A program made the translations under genes and the position numbers. Shown here piece after piece: positions 51,101 through 63,624 of a stretch of 64,000 nt of DNA (position 1 is its first letter; the number at the start of each line of letters is the position of its first letter). Source of the DNA: Epiperipatus broadwayi (taxonomy: Eukaryota > Animalia > Onychophora). The stretch lies in contig JAQFVV010000005.1 in the NCBI GenBank assembly GCA_028023455.1, positions 22,320,001-22,384,000 on the forward strand, written 5' to 3'. The notes under the pieces were generated by a model, which saw only the letters and a program-made list of their open reading frames with translations, was not told the DNA's origin and did not search any database.

Positions 51101-51788
51101 ATCATAAGGCCAAAATATTTCTATCTATATAAAAAAAAATTACACAAAAAAAATTTCCTTCTCTCTTTTTTTTTTAAAACTATACATCTGTCATCATTAT
51201 ATACTACACATTTCTCAGGTATGTGGTGTATTTCAAGCCCTAGTTGGCACGCCATTTGTAACTAAAAAATAATTGTGATTTTGGAGATAGCAATCAAATC
51301 CCACCTAGACGGTCTTAAGTCATTAAAAAAAAAAAAGGTTAATAATTATTTATTCTGTCTAAGCATTTTCTTTCCCTTCCTAAGATAATCTAAGATGCAG
51401 ATTACATAAAAAAAAAAAACAGTTCATAATCTATAGTCCATAAAAATGTGTGTAAAAAAAATTGTCTATGTTTAAAAGCAGCTGGACTTTTATCACGCTT
51501 CTTTTACACGTCTGCCTAGTTTATCTACTAATCATTTTCACATCTTTCTTACTAGTTTTTTTCATTTTACAGAAATAAAAGTAAATAATTTGAATATATT
51601 AATTATTTAATAAGAAAATAATATATCAAAATATCATTTCTTATAACATTCTTTCCATTCACTACTGCTTATTATTAATTATCTATATATAATACTTGCA
51701 CACATAAATTTATATATAAAAGAAAAAAAAAATATTTTTTTTAATTAAAGAATATATATATATGGGAATGAAAACATATATGTGTACA
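48133..51788 (-). mobile_element. Non-autonomous LTR retroelement (no pol) with a Gln-rich gag-like ORF
   Basis: LTRs 48133-48648 and 51257-51788 (TG...CA); PBS TGGCGTGCCAACTAGGGC (51254-51237), resembling a tRNA-Lys(CTT) PBS; PPT gggagtgagg next to 48648; ORFs 49690..49893 and 49182..49706; inserted in (TA)n, no clean TSD. Confidence 0.88.
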
Positions 51789-52199
51789 AAATATATATAA
51801 TAGCTTGGCCTTCTGCCATTACTGTAAATAATGTAAAGGTGTTATAATGAAGAATAAATTATAAAACCACTTTTAAAAAACCAAGTATATTTTCAATGTA
51901 TTAATGCCATAATCATAATTATCAAAAGACAACAATATCTGATAAACAAAAGTATATTTGGTTTCTTAAATTAATTTTATAGTTTATTCTCTCTTAAAAT
52001 GTTTTTATATTACATGTATATATATATTATGAATAATTTATGTTGAACGATCTGTACCATCTCACCCCATAAGGCTTGATTTGTGGCCTGGCAGAATTGC
52101 CATTATTATTAACATTCGATTTTGGATCCATTTCTGCCAAAGTCTTTTCTCACTAATTCACTACAGTTATATAGCAACTGGAATCACTTTAATAGCAAC

Positions 52200-52460
52200 C
52201 ATGTGATTAAGTGTGTGAGGCAAAGAAATGACTGGTGGAAAAACGATTAGCATTTGCAAAGTTTATGAATTTCAATTTACAAATTCTCATTCAAACATGA
52301 AGGGGAACTTTATTTTTAAACATATCTTTATGTGATTAGGTGTGTGAAACAAGGAAATGACTAGTGAAGAAATGATTAGCGTTTGCAAAATTTATGAATT
52401 CCAATTTACAAAATTTTCATTCGAACATGAAGGTGAACTTTATTTTTAAACATATCTTTT
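52200..52460. repeat. Tandem duplication, two ~130-bp units
   Basis: atgtgatta.gtgtgtga...gattagc.tttgcaaa.tttatgaatt.caatttacaaatt.tcattc.aacatgaagg.gaactttatttttaaacatatcttt occurs twice. Confidence 0.85.
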
Positions 52461-52643
52461 TTATTAAAAAAAAAAAGGGCTTCAAAACATTTAATAATTA
52501 GCAAAAATATTCTACAAACATAGTAATGCCATTTCTATTGAAAATATTTTTCTATTTTTTAAAACTATTATTGAAATTTAACAAATGAATTAAACTTGGT
52601 TGGAATGCTTTTGATATAAATAACTGAATATTAAAAAATTCCA

Positions 52644-55600
52644 TGTCTACAGAAAGACAATCTCAGCTATATAGGTGAAAATGAACTATACACCCACAAC
52701 TTGAATAGATATATTAGTAAGTTTATATCTGTTTTCTGAGACATTAATTTAACAATATAAGTACAATAAAATTATATTACCAATAATAATTTATCCTGTT
52801 TACTTTTGGAAATTGTTTTGCAATATATTTAGTGTGTGAAAATATCTTATTTTACACACAGCCGATAATTATACAGTTCGTTAATCTCCCAACGGTTTGT
52901 TCACTCATCTAATTAAAATCTATGTGAATTTCTTTTCATTTGAACTTTAATAGTAATTAATTTACTAAAGCTATCTTTATTGAAATTTATCTTTTCTCTC
53001 TTTCAAGAATGGATTGTTTTACTTTTAATGGCCATTTTCTCCTCTTGACTGTGACTGACTGCTTTCGACTGCTACACGCTAAGCATCTTGGACTTTTTTT
53101 AACATAATTTATTTTAAAAGTTTTTTTTATATGTTTTTTCTAGAGTAATCATTCTGGGGAAAAAATATCAGTACTGTCAGTACAATGTATATGATTTGAT
53201 TAAAACTTTATTTACACACAATTTAAAATATTTGCATTGTCACTTTCTCTGATTTCTCAGACTTCGTGTAGTAGAAGTATTTCTATTCTCATCAGGATTG
53301 GTGTTTACATAACTATTCATCTTTACTTGAACCACGAACATCTTGATCCGCTTTTTTAACTTCATTGCCTGTATTTCACTCAATAGTCAATACATCATCT
53401 GCTCAATAGAGGGAAAATTTTCAAGTTTATTATTTATTCAAAAATTCTGATTGAAGATTGGCTGGTATGCTGATGTAAATGATTTATATTTTTTGATACT
53501 AAATCCACTTTTAAGTTTAATTACTCATGACTTCAGAGACTTTGTCAACTATGGTGCCAGGTGTCCATTTCTTCTTTTTAATATGTCTCAAACCCATACA
53601 GTTTCATCAACCTAAATTTACAAAGTTTGCATTGTATGTGTCTTTGCTAGAAATCCTTTTTACTGATTTCCTTTTTACAGGTAAAAGTTTAGATAAATGA
53701 ATATGACATTTTCTACCAAACAGAAACTCTGCAATTGTTTCACAGTTTGTCACACTAGGGACAAAATGCTGGAAGAACATGATTTCTATCAGTGCTTTTT
53801 CCATATTTGTAACTTTTACTTTTCCGTTAATGGTAGTCTGGAGTAAGAACATGAGGAATACCTTTATCTGTTAAGTAGTTTTCAAAATCTACAGAGGTAA
53901 ACCCTGTTCTATTATTAGACACAGGATCTCAGGATATCCATGAATGGCAAACACTTCCTGTAAGGCTTTTATGGTACATTTAGTACTTTACAGTTTTCAT
54001 GAGCTTATAGTCAACCCATTTGCTGTATGAATCTTTGATTATTAATATTAAATGTTCATTCAAAGGTCCTGTATAATCTATATGTATATGTTCCCGTGGT
54101 TTTTTGGCCTCTATCAATGATTTATAAACTTTCTTTGGTAAATCAGCCACAGATTGGCAATCATGGTAGGTTTTTATTGTTTGTTCAATTTCACTATTTA
54201 ATTTAGGCCATCACATGTATGAATGTGTGAGCGCCTTCATCCACAAACTCCTGGATGTCCTTTATGTAACAACTTTAGCACTTATTTCTGTCATTCTGCT
54301 GGTATGAGTTCTCTATCAATCATCAGGATATAGCCATTGCAGATTGACAAAATCTGATGAGCATTCCAAATCACCATAGCAATGAAATTTGGTCAATTTT
54401 TGGCCATCCTTCTCAGATCCAATTCTTTAACTTGCTACATCCAGGGTCTCTATTTGTCTATTCAGTGACTTTAGAACTATTTAGATTTTCTATAATATTT
54501 ATTGTGTCTAACATGTTTACTTTTATAAACATCTGCTGGACTCTGTCTTTCACAGGTAGTCATGATAATGCATCCGCATATGTAATCTCTTGTCCCTGCT
54601 TGAAAACTAATTCATAGTCATAGGTGGCTAATATGTTAATCCATCTTAAAAGTCTCTGACTTGCATATTCAAGTATTTTTTTGTCCTTTCCAAAAATTCC
54701 TAGTAAAGGCGATGATCCATACATATTGTAAAACTATGTCCATATATATATTGATGGAATTTTTTTATTGCAAATATTATAGCCAGGGCTTCCTTATCTA
54801 ATTGACTATAAATTTTTTTCAGTTGATGATAACATTCTGGAGGCATAAGTGATCGGATGTTTGCCTTTATCATACTGATGTGCATTGACAGGTCCAAGTC
54901 TGAAATCTGAAGCATCTATAATAATTGTCACTTGCAATTTTATACTCTTGTTAATACATATGATTTACCCTTAAAAAACTTTTGTAGAAATTTAACAGTC
55001 CCAGAAAAGCTTGTAAATCTTTTATATTCTTAGGAGTGTCAGATTTTTTACAGCTCTCATTTTCTCAGAGTTGAGATCGTTTCCATCGTTATTTATCACG
55101 TTCCAAAAAATTTTATTTTCAAAGTTTTCCAAATGCATTTGGTAGCATTTAATCTAGCTCCCACTTTATTTAGCTTTGAGCACACTTCCATTACTCATTT
55201 TTTTAATTTCTTCCGATTTGGCAGTAATAAGTATATTATCTAAGTAGAGAATAACTTCATCTATGTTTTGTGATAACATGTCCATCTTCGCTTGGGAGAT
55301 GTTTGGGATCACTATTATCCCATAAGGCAATTTATTGCATTTAAACAGACCAATGTGGAACATAGTGTTAACACTTCTGTGTTTTGTTCTGTGACTGGTA
55401 TCGGGTGAAACATGGATTTTAAATATCTCTGCATGAAGGAGACTTTTGGTAAAGATGCTAACACTTCGTGTACACTTGGCATGGGATAAGCACCCTTATT
55501 TCTATATTTATTTACAATAACTCGATAATCTCCACAGAGGTAAATAGTTCCATTCGGTTTAATAATCACGACCACAGGAATAGCTCATGATGAGGCTTCT

Positions 55601-57563
55601 ATAGGTGATCACATGCTTTTTTTTACCATATCTTCTATTATCTTTTCAATCTTTCATTTCAGAGCATGAGGAACTTTCCATGGTTTACACACTGTATGTT
55701 GCATGCCTTTATCTAATTCCACATCTACTGGATTCATTCTTAATTCATCTATTTCCTGTTTAAACATCTGAGAAAACTTTATTCTAATTTCTGTTTCTAG
55801 TTTGACATTCTTAATAATATTAAGACAGATTCCTAATGGATGGAACTAGTTTTGACTGAGCAGTGTACTAATGTCTTTTTACAATAAACAGTGGTAAAGC
55901 TTTTAATTTGTGATTTACTTTCACTGGAACAGAAACTTTTCCAAATATTTCTATTGTTTTCATTTACATCCATGGCCATTACATTTGACTTATCCAATTT
56001 CACTCTCTGCTCAGATTTAATATTAATTTTATTCCACTCTTTTAGAGTAGAATTGATAATCCAGCACTACTGTCAATTTCCATATTGACTTTAATTTCAC
56101 AAATGGTTACATCCAAAGTAATTCACCATTACTTGAGTTGTTTAATGATTTTAACTTTTTACAAGTGCTGCCTCCCCTGATTTAATATCTGGGTATGGCT
56201 TGTCTTTTTCATGTTTTCTGGATATGTGAGCTAAGGGTCCTTTAATGCCACAAATATGGCATTTTTCTGATTTGAATTTGCACACTCTTTTTGTGTGCCC
56301 TACAATTTCACAGCAATAGCATAATAATTCATTTCTTATGAATATGAATTTTTTAGGTGATTTATCCATCTTAGCTGTGTATACGCTTGTGGTATTTTAT
56401 AATTCATTTGCTACATTTGATATTTGGACACATTATCTGTTGTTATCTCATGAGCTATACATTTTGCGATAACCATTCTATATGTTATATTCACTTCACT
56501 TAGTAGAGTTTTCCTAATATTGTAGTCCAACATCCCATATAATAGTTGATTCAGGAGTATGTCCTTTAAATCCGTCATACATTTCTAATGTCTGGCCAAT
56601 GTGTGCAATGCCAGATTGTAATCTTGGTAACTCTCTCAAGGTAGTTGTTTTCTCATTCAAAAATGCAAACGAGCTATCTTCTTCATTACTGCTGGCTGAA
56701 AATATGTGTAGTAAGATTTTCTATTATTCACTCTATGGTAAATCTTCTGTGGTCTTGGAATCAACACATAATTGCTTAGCAATTTGTAGGACATCGCTAG
56801 TGGCAAAAAACAAGTGTTGAAACTTTAAGCTTATCATCTTCAATTTTACTGATCCAAATAAAATGATCTATGTACTCCACATATATATTCGACACTGAGG
56901 AATTAGTAATGTCAAGTTATGGATGGGAATTGCCATTTTTCCTCTTCCCTTTTTTCATGCAAATGTACAATTCTTCTTTTTCTATGCAAGTTCTTCTTAA
57001 AAGTGCCATCAGCCATGTCCACAAGGAGACAACCTCAGTTATGTAGGCGAAAATGAATAGTACACACTTAACTTGAATATATATATGTCAGCAAGTTTAT
57101 TTCTATTTCCTGCGGCATTAACTTAACAATATAACAAGTACAATAAAATTATATTACTTACAATAATTTATCCTGTTTACTTTTGGGATTTATTATGGAA
57201 TATATTTAGTGTGTGAAAATATCTTATTTCACACGTAACCGATAATTATACAGTTTGAATGGTTTGTTTATTTATCTAATTAAAGTGTATGCGAACTTTC
57301 CATTTGAACTTTAATAGTAATTAATTTACTAAAACTAACTTTGTTGAGCATTATCTCTTCCTCGTTTGAGAATGCATTGTTTTACTTTTGGTGACCATTT
57401 TCTCCTCATTATTATGACTGACTGCTGTGTGCTAAAAGTTCTTTTTAGAATACATTTTTTCTAGAGTAATCAATCTGGGGAAAACATAACAGTACTGTCA
57501 GTGCAATGTACGTGATTTAATTAAAACTTTATTTACACACAATTTAAAATTATTGCACTGTCA
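52644..57563 (-). mobile_element. Old full-length Ty3/Gypsy retrotransposon (gag-PR-RT-RH-IN), heavily decayed
   Basis: Diverged LTRs 52644-53242 and 57016-57563; TGGC PBS start at 57015; purine tract at 53243-53258; fragments CYCCEIVGH..VC/CHICG (gag), PNGTIYLCGDYR and LDNILI (RT), YSQLDKEALAIIFA (RH), integrase-like WPKLNSEIEQ and AEFLFGR. Confidence 0.88.
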
Positions 57564-57607
57564 GTACAAAAAGGAAATTGAAAAAGATTTTTTAATAAAC
57601 ATATTTT

Positions 57608-57968
57608 ACCAGTTATGGATTTGGAACATGGATACTTAATAGAACCTCAGATCTCTCAATGAAATATGAAGATGTTAATAAACAGAGATTGAAAGTAAAA
57701 AAAGTATGAGGAGAAAAACCAACAAATCTCACTGATAGCATTGAAAAAATTAAAAAACTGAAATGTAATTGGATGGACCTATTGCTAGAAATAAATAATG
57801 ACAATAGGTGGATTCCACGAGATTCAAAGAAAAAAATATTATAAAGAGAGTATGTACAAGATGGATGGATAAATAAGTAAGTCTGTTAGAGTAATGTGTG
57901 GAAGAGAAGTTATGAGTCAGAGAAATAGGATTAAAAATTGGAAAAATCTATATCCTGCAATGGATTAG
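57608..57968 (+). mobile_element. Decayed RTE 3' end
   Basis: Colinear with 16175-16570 (tatggat..ga.acatggatacttaataga...ctgaaatg...agatggatggat). Confidence 0.7.
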
Positions 57969-58702
57969 AAATTCAGAAATAATTGAAAATTTCTTGCAAA
58001 AATTTTATAAAGTGATATATTTGAGATTTAATAAGTTATAATAAAAGATCTAATATGCTGTGTTATGAAATGGTGTCTGTTTCTAGGTTATTTTATTTTA
58101 CAGTTTTTATCTCTATATAGTTTGGTGTATACCTAATTCAATACACTTGACATTATTCAAAAGTTGTATTTGAGTGTGCAATCTTCACTGCAAATCATGA
58201 TTGTGTCTAATTTAGCCAGATTAATTCAGATCGTTTTCTTTAATTTATTACATTTACATTATATTACACTATAATAGAAAAATTTGTATTGACTTACACA
58301 ATAGAGAATGTTATTTTGACAAACTTTTTTCTTTTGCATTTTGTCATCCTCTTTATTTATCAGTTGTTGTTTTTTTCTATGCCATGAACATTCTGCACAT
58401 GTGTACATACTGCATCTTTTTGTTTCATCTATTGTACAAGTTATATCTCAAAACAAGATCCATTATTTGTGATTGTCTTATCAGAACTTTAACCATGAAT
58501 AAATATGATTAAAAACTGGTGAGCAACAGTGTTATGATAAAAATAGTTATGCTGTCTAGATTAGCCTAAAAAGTATTTTCTGAAAAATGTTCAGTTCCAG
58601 TTCAGGTTTGAATTCAAGATGTGAACATGGCATGATATTTTACCATTGAGCCCCTCTGTAAACTGTACGATATTTTTTTACATTGTTATGCAAAATCTTA
58701 TA

Positions 58703-58897
58703 TTAAACAGGCAAAACTCTCCATACAGTAGTGCCACCCTGTGCCAACCAGAGTAATCGATGGATGCCAGAAGGCTTGTGCATAAAATCCCTATCTTGTT
58801 CCTACTCATCCAATATTCACAGACTAATTTCTGGCTTGTGGCCTTCGTCAGTGAGAAGCCTTGGATCTGAGAGCACTGCACCTAGATCTTAGGATCT
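58703..58897. repeat. Repeat family B, left arm ending at the apex
   Basis: ttaaacaggcaaaactctccatacag...gcactgcacctagatcttaggatcta. Confidence 0.85.
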
Positions 58898-59541
58898 AAT
58901 GCAACCCTCCTGCAGCCACCTTTTATCTCTACTTAACTACAAAACTATGAGAATGAAATTGGAAAACACAATATTTTCAATCTAAGCTCAATAGCTTATA
59001 TAGTCATATGGGTTTGAACTCAGTTCAGCACCCATACATTGTGGTGTCTTTGGCTCTTTAACAACCATAGCCACCATTATCCTATTAGGCAGAGATAGTG
59101 ATCATGTGATGTTTAGTGGTTTAACAAAATCTTATATATTTGTATTGCTAATTTTAATTGCACATTCATATTAACAAGAGCAGCTTCTGCTCTACTACTA
59201 TGGAGCCATTTATTGGAATCTTGAGGAATCTGTATTTAACAGACAGTGCAAATTAATTCTGATTTCTGGACAGGTTTCTGATATTAATAAGGTTTTTTAT
59301 TGATAAACACAGATATATAAATAGTATAGTGAGTATATTACCAATCATTTTTGTAACAATATTAAAAAGAAATTGCCCTAAGCAAATCAACGAAATTTAA
59401 TAATAATTTTTATTTTGATGTAATACTATCCTTGTTAACAATTTAGTGATTGAAAATTTGGAGAGATTCGTTACTAATATATTAAACTATGGGTTTACAA
59501 TATAATTTTTAAAAGGAAATCTTTTGTTTATACTTTGACAG

Positions 59542-59658
59542 GAAGTGATCCCTGCATGAATAAGCAGTGTGGTATAGGAGCCAAATGCCGAATTGAAAGT
59601 TATAAGCCTAAGTGTTACTGTCCCGAAAACTTCAGTGGAAATCCTGAGAAAGAATGCA
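59542..59658 (+). CDS. EGF exon: RSDPCMNKQCGIGAKCRIESYKPKCYCPENFSGNPEKEC
   Basis: tactttgacag acceptor, gtaagt donor at 59659; 117 nt; 6 Cys. Confidence 0.92.
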
Positions 59659-61439
59659 GTAAGTACTTTGTTTAATCCTTATCTCTAGACATCATGTAGA
59701 ATTAACTATTCAAGGCCTTTACATAAGTTGGTTATATTGCAGTCATCTATATATATATATTTACTTCCATATTATCACAGGGTATTCTTATTCTTTACCA
59801 TTTTTTTTTACTGATTAACATACCATTCATTTTTTTATCTAAATCTTGGTAATTATTTATCCTCACAATTTCGCTTGTTTTATTGTCTCACTTTCTGAAT
59901 ATGTGTGTAAAATAAAAATTATTATGGAATAACTTATTTCCCATCTTTTTAATTTACTTTGTATCTGGTTCTAAGATATAAATGTAAAATATTTCTTCAC
60001 AATCTTATCATTAATCATAAATATCAGCTTACCAAAAAAAAACTTGTAACTTATCTCTCCCTGAATGGACATTACTGCTATTTACATATTTGCTTCTAGA
60101 ACATATCTTCAAATTTTTAAATTTTTGTTTTTCATAAAATGTATTATTATTTTTTTCGAACACTTTATCTCTTTACCATATATTAAGCTTGTAACAACAA
60201 TCTTTTATAAAATTTAAAAAACTTTTTATCTATTTATTACAATTTCATTTACAAATGTCAAACCTTCTGGTCTTACATCTTTGATATAATCCACTTCAGA
60301 TAAATATATTAAGGATTAAATATTTATAATGCATTCAGCTAAAGATTATCAAATCATTCCTAGGCAGATGTAAACTCTAAACCTAATTAAGAATTAATAT
60401 ATTTATTTTTTAATTAATGCATAAACATATAGAATAATTAATTTAACTTAACCTCTTAATTTTTTTTACAAGTGTTAAATTACCTCCACAATACATTAAT
60501 CATTACTATTAATCATTTATTAGGATAGACATTATTGATTTTTATTCTGCCCAGATATAAACTTTGAGCCTCAGATTTTTAATTAATCACAAACATATGA
60601 AATAATTCAACTTCATCTCCCTTATAATTTGATTTAGAAGTTTCAAAGTTTCTGCACTCAAAAACGTTGCCACTGCCCACTTCAATAAATGCAGTAATGA
60701 TTATCATAAATAATGAATAATCAAGAGATATCTCTTGATTATATATCTAATATATTCTTTTCTATTTTTCATTATTTTAATTTTATATTTCTTAACTCTC
60801 CTCGATTTGTGATTCATAGTAAACTAGATAGATTTCTTGTCCATGAATGTTGAACTTTCATATGCACCCATTATATTCCAATTTTCATATTAATTTCTCT
60901 ACAAAATTCTTTTATCTTTAGCATTATTCATCTATCCATTTCTTCTATATATACATTAAGTTACCTGAATAATTGCACTATTCTCTTTTCTTTTTTTAAA
61001 TATATTTAGTATGATATCATTTATGTAACTGTTTTCTTTTTTGCATATTCTTTAAATTCACATAATAGTCTTTTTATATATCTTTTTCTTTTATATAATC
61101 TCATATCTTTTGTTGTTGTTTTTTTATTTTCTTCTTTTTTTTAACTTTCATCTCTCTCATTTTCACTTTGGCTTTATCCTGCTTTTATTGTAATATATAT
61201 GCACAACTTTTTTTGTCATAATCTTCTCTTTTTCGATCAAATGCAAATCATCATTTTTAAAATAATTTTTTAAAACAAAAAGTTTTCATACATCAATGAA
61301 CCTAATATCATTGCTGTGATACATAATTTTGAATCTCTTATTTAGAATGTATAATATTTTTTATAAATATTCCACCTTTTTTTAAATATTATGTCTATTA
61401 TCAAATCATTTCATGTAATGTGATGCACTGTGACTTCTC

Positions 61440-62300
61440 CTTATTCAGAGTTAGGAATCTCTCAGTCACTATGCCTAGAGAAACCTGTTAGCCACTTTAT
61501 CTTTCCTTTCCATTCCCTGCCCTAAGTTGTTCCCATATTCTTCTCTATCCTGCTTCATCCCATTTCCACAACATAATCTTTGTCAACTCCATGGCCTTTA
61601 TATCTAAATCCCCCTTATCTTTTCTCAAACCCAGCATAAAAACCAAGAACCCACTTTCTGTATAATCACTTGGTTTATATTTATTTTTCCATAACTTCAT
61701 TATTTGTACCCTTTCTGCTTGCAGGCATTTACATTCAATTAATAGATGCCTAATATTTTTTATGCCTTTCTTACACAACTTTTAGACTAAATCACCCACA
61801 TTTTTCCATTTATGTGTATATTCCCTTGTTGTTAAAACTCCCTTTAGCTCCTTAAACAGTAAACTATTTTCCTTTCTATTATCATAAATTAATTAGCACT
61901 CAATATTCTGTTTACTTCTGTATATATTTAAATTCTTTTTTACTCTCCATACTGGTTCTCCATCTCTCCAACTCCCTATTCTTTATTAAGGCATTTATTC
62001 TTCTATCCCAATCCTTACCACTATAACACTTAATCATCCCATCTTTTGTATAAGTATACTAACATAAATTCTTTATCTAAATCTTCTGCATACCCTGCTA
62101 TCTTTCTCACCCATCTTGTTGCCTGCCATTTACTCATAACCCAATTAAATACTATTTTTGCTATTCTCTTATTATTCATAAATTGCAATCTACCGAATAT
62201 TTTAATTTTGCTTTTTGCATCTCTCATATAAAAACTTGACCATCCCATTTCTCTTTAATTTGCCTCCTTTGCCATCCACACATCTGCGATGCATTTTTTC
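61440..62300 (-). mobile_element. 3' portion of an I/Nimb-like LINE (RT C-terminus and CCHC finger)
   Basis: MGWSSFYMRDAKSKI...RIAKIVF...TRWVRK and MCKKGIKNIRHLLIEC (track ORFs 62030..62248 and 61545..61778). Confidence 0.7.
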
Positions 62301-62324
62301 CTACTTCTCTGTACAATATAATAC

Positions 62325-62768
62325 AAGAACAGCTCTCTATGTTAGTGCCATCTACTGTAAGTTTGAATAGTCAGTGATTATTGGACGCTTTATAGCATTT
62401 AAATACCAGATCTTTGTCTTTTGCCTTTATTAATGAAATTTGGGATTCAAAGCTGGAAGAAATGCAGTTCTGCATCTAGTAACTAACTTTAACTCCATTT
62501 ATATAATTGTTTAAGTAGGTTGTCTTGAGTTCAAAACCTCTATCTGATTTGAATTTCAGATTGTTAGCTTGAATAGTAAAATGGAATTAATGATGGTTGC
62601 TGGATGCATAACTGCGTTATTTGCAACTTTGAATCCCAACATCATTGATGAAGACAAGAATTAGAAACTGATCTAGGGAGGGGAATTTTAAAAGCAATAG
62701 AGCATCTGGTAATCACCGATTATTCTGGCTGTCAGTAGATAGTTACTACAATAGAAAGCTGCCCTCGT
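62325..62768. repeat. Diverged TIR-bounded element
   Basis: agaacagctctctatgttagtgccatctactg...agtgatta pairs with taatcaccg...cagtagatagttactacaatagaaagctgccct. Confidence 0.5.
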
Positions 62769-63232
62769 TTTACTAAACTAAATCGATCACTGATACTCTC
62801 TCATCCAATTAGTTTTATTCATTTATTCCAACCAGCATTATTTTATCATCATTATCATTCATTTTTTGATAGTTTTTTCATATCATTATATCAACAACAG
62901 GCAAATTTGCTTTGTAATTTTTTTTTCTTATTTTCTTCTTCTATGATTCATATCACCAGCACTTCTTACCAAAGTCTTTCCAACATTTTTGTCTTCCATT
63001 CTATCCAAATTCACTTTTCTACACACATTTCTCTGTAATAAAATAATTCCTTTTCTCTCTTCCACCTTAAATCTTTTTTATGCATTGATAAAAGTTATAA
63101 ATAATTAAATAAGTCCATTTTTCTTTTATTACTATAACAATGCTTATTTATTTTAATTTGGTCAATGTGACAATTTTTACTGACCAACATTCTTTTTCTG
63201 AACTAATATATATATATATATATATATAATGA

Positions 63233-63580
63233 ATACACAGAGGCTAAACTCTTCACACAGTAGCACTACTCAGTGCAAGCCAGAGTAATTAATGGATGCA
63301 AGAAGGTTTGTGCATAAAATTCCTATCTAGTATCTCTGCCTAATATCTAGATGCAGTGTGCACAGATCTAAAGTTCCTCACTGATGAAAACCACAAGCTA
63401 GAAAGTAGTCTGGGGATATTGGATGAGTAGGTACTAGATAAGAATTTTATGCCCAAATCTTTTTGTATCCATTAATTAGTCTGCCTTCCACTGAGTCACG
63501 CTATTGTATGAAGAATTTAGCCTCTGTGTAAACAGCTTGTGTAAGCACAAAAAATGGTGATCATGTGATGTTTAGTGGTT
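63233..63580. repeat. Repeat family B, internally deleted palindrome
   Basis: tacacagaggctaaactcttc pairs with gaagaatttagcctctgtgta; right terminus catgtgatgtttagtggtt. Confidence 0.8.
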
Positions 63581-63624
63581 CATATAATGAATACATAAAT
63601 AGTTTTATCATATAAACATTACAA

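Larger units (their letters stand above)
165..59658 (+). other. Interior of a large Dumpy-like multi-EGF gene (no start or stop codon in window)
   Basis: 12 well-supported AG/GT-bounded exons, all phase 1-1, splice into one open frame of 6-Cys EGF modules. Motifs such as CGPNSQC, CxCxxGYxGDPF/YxxGC and GxPPxC resemble arthropod Dumpy EGF repeats. Orthology not established. Confidence 0.85.

Noticed and set aside
58200-58640. piggyBac C-terminal remnant on the minus strand
   Set aside because: Only scattered Cys-rich words across broken frames; no TTAA or TIR seen.
165-59658. Assigning the symbol dpy (dumpy), Notch or fibrillin
   Set aside because: Only EGF modules are visible. No DPY, ZP, LNR, TB or full calcium-binding EGF motifs are in the window, and no search was possible.
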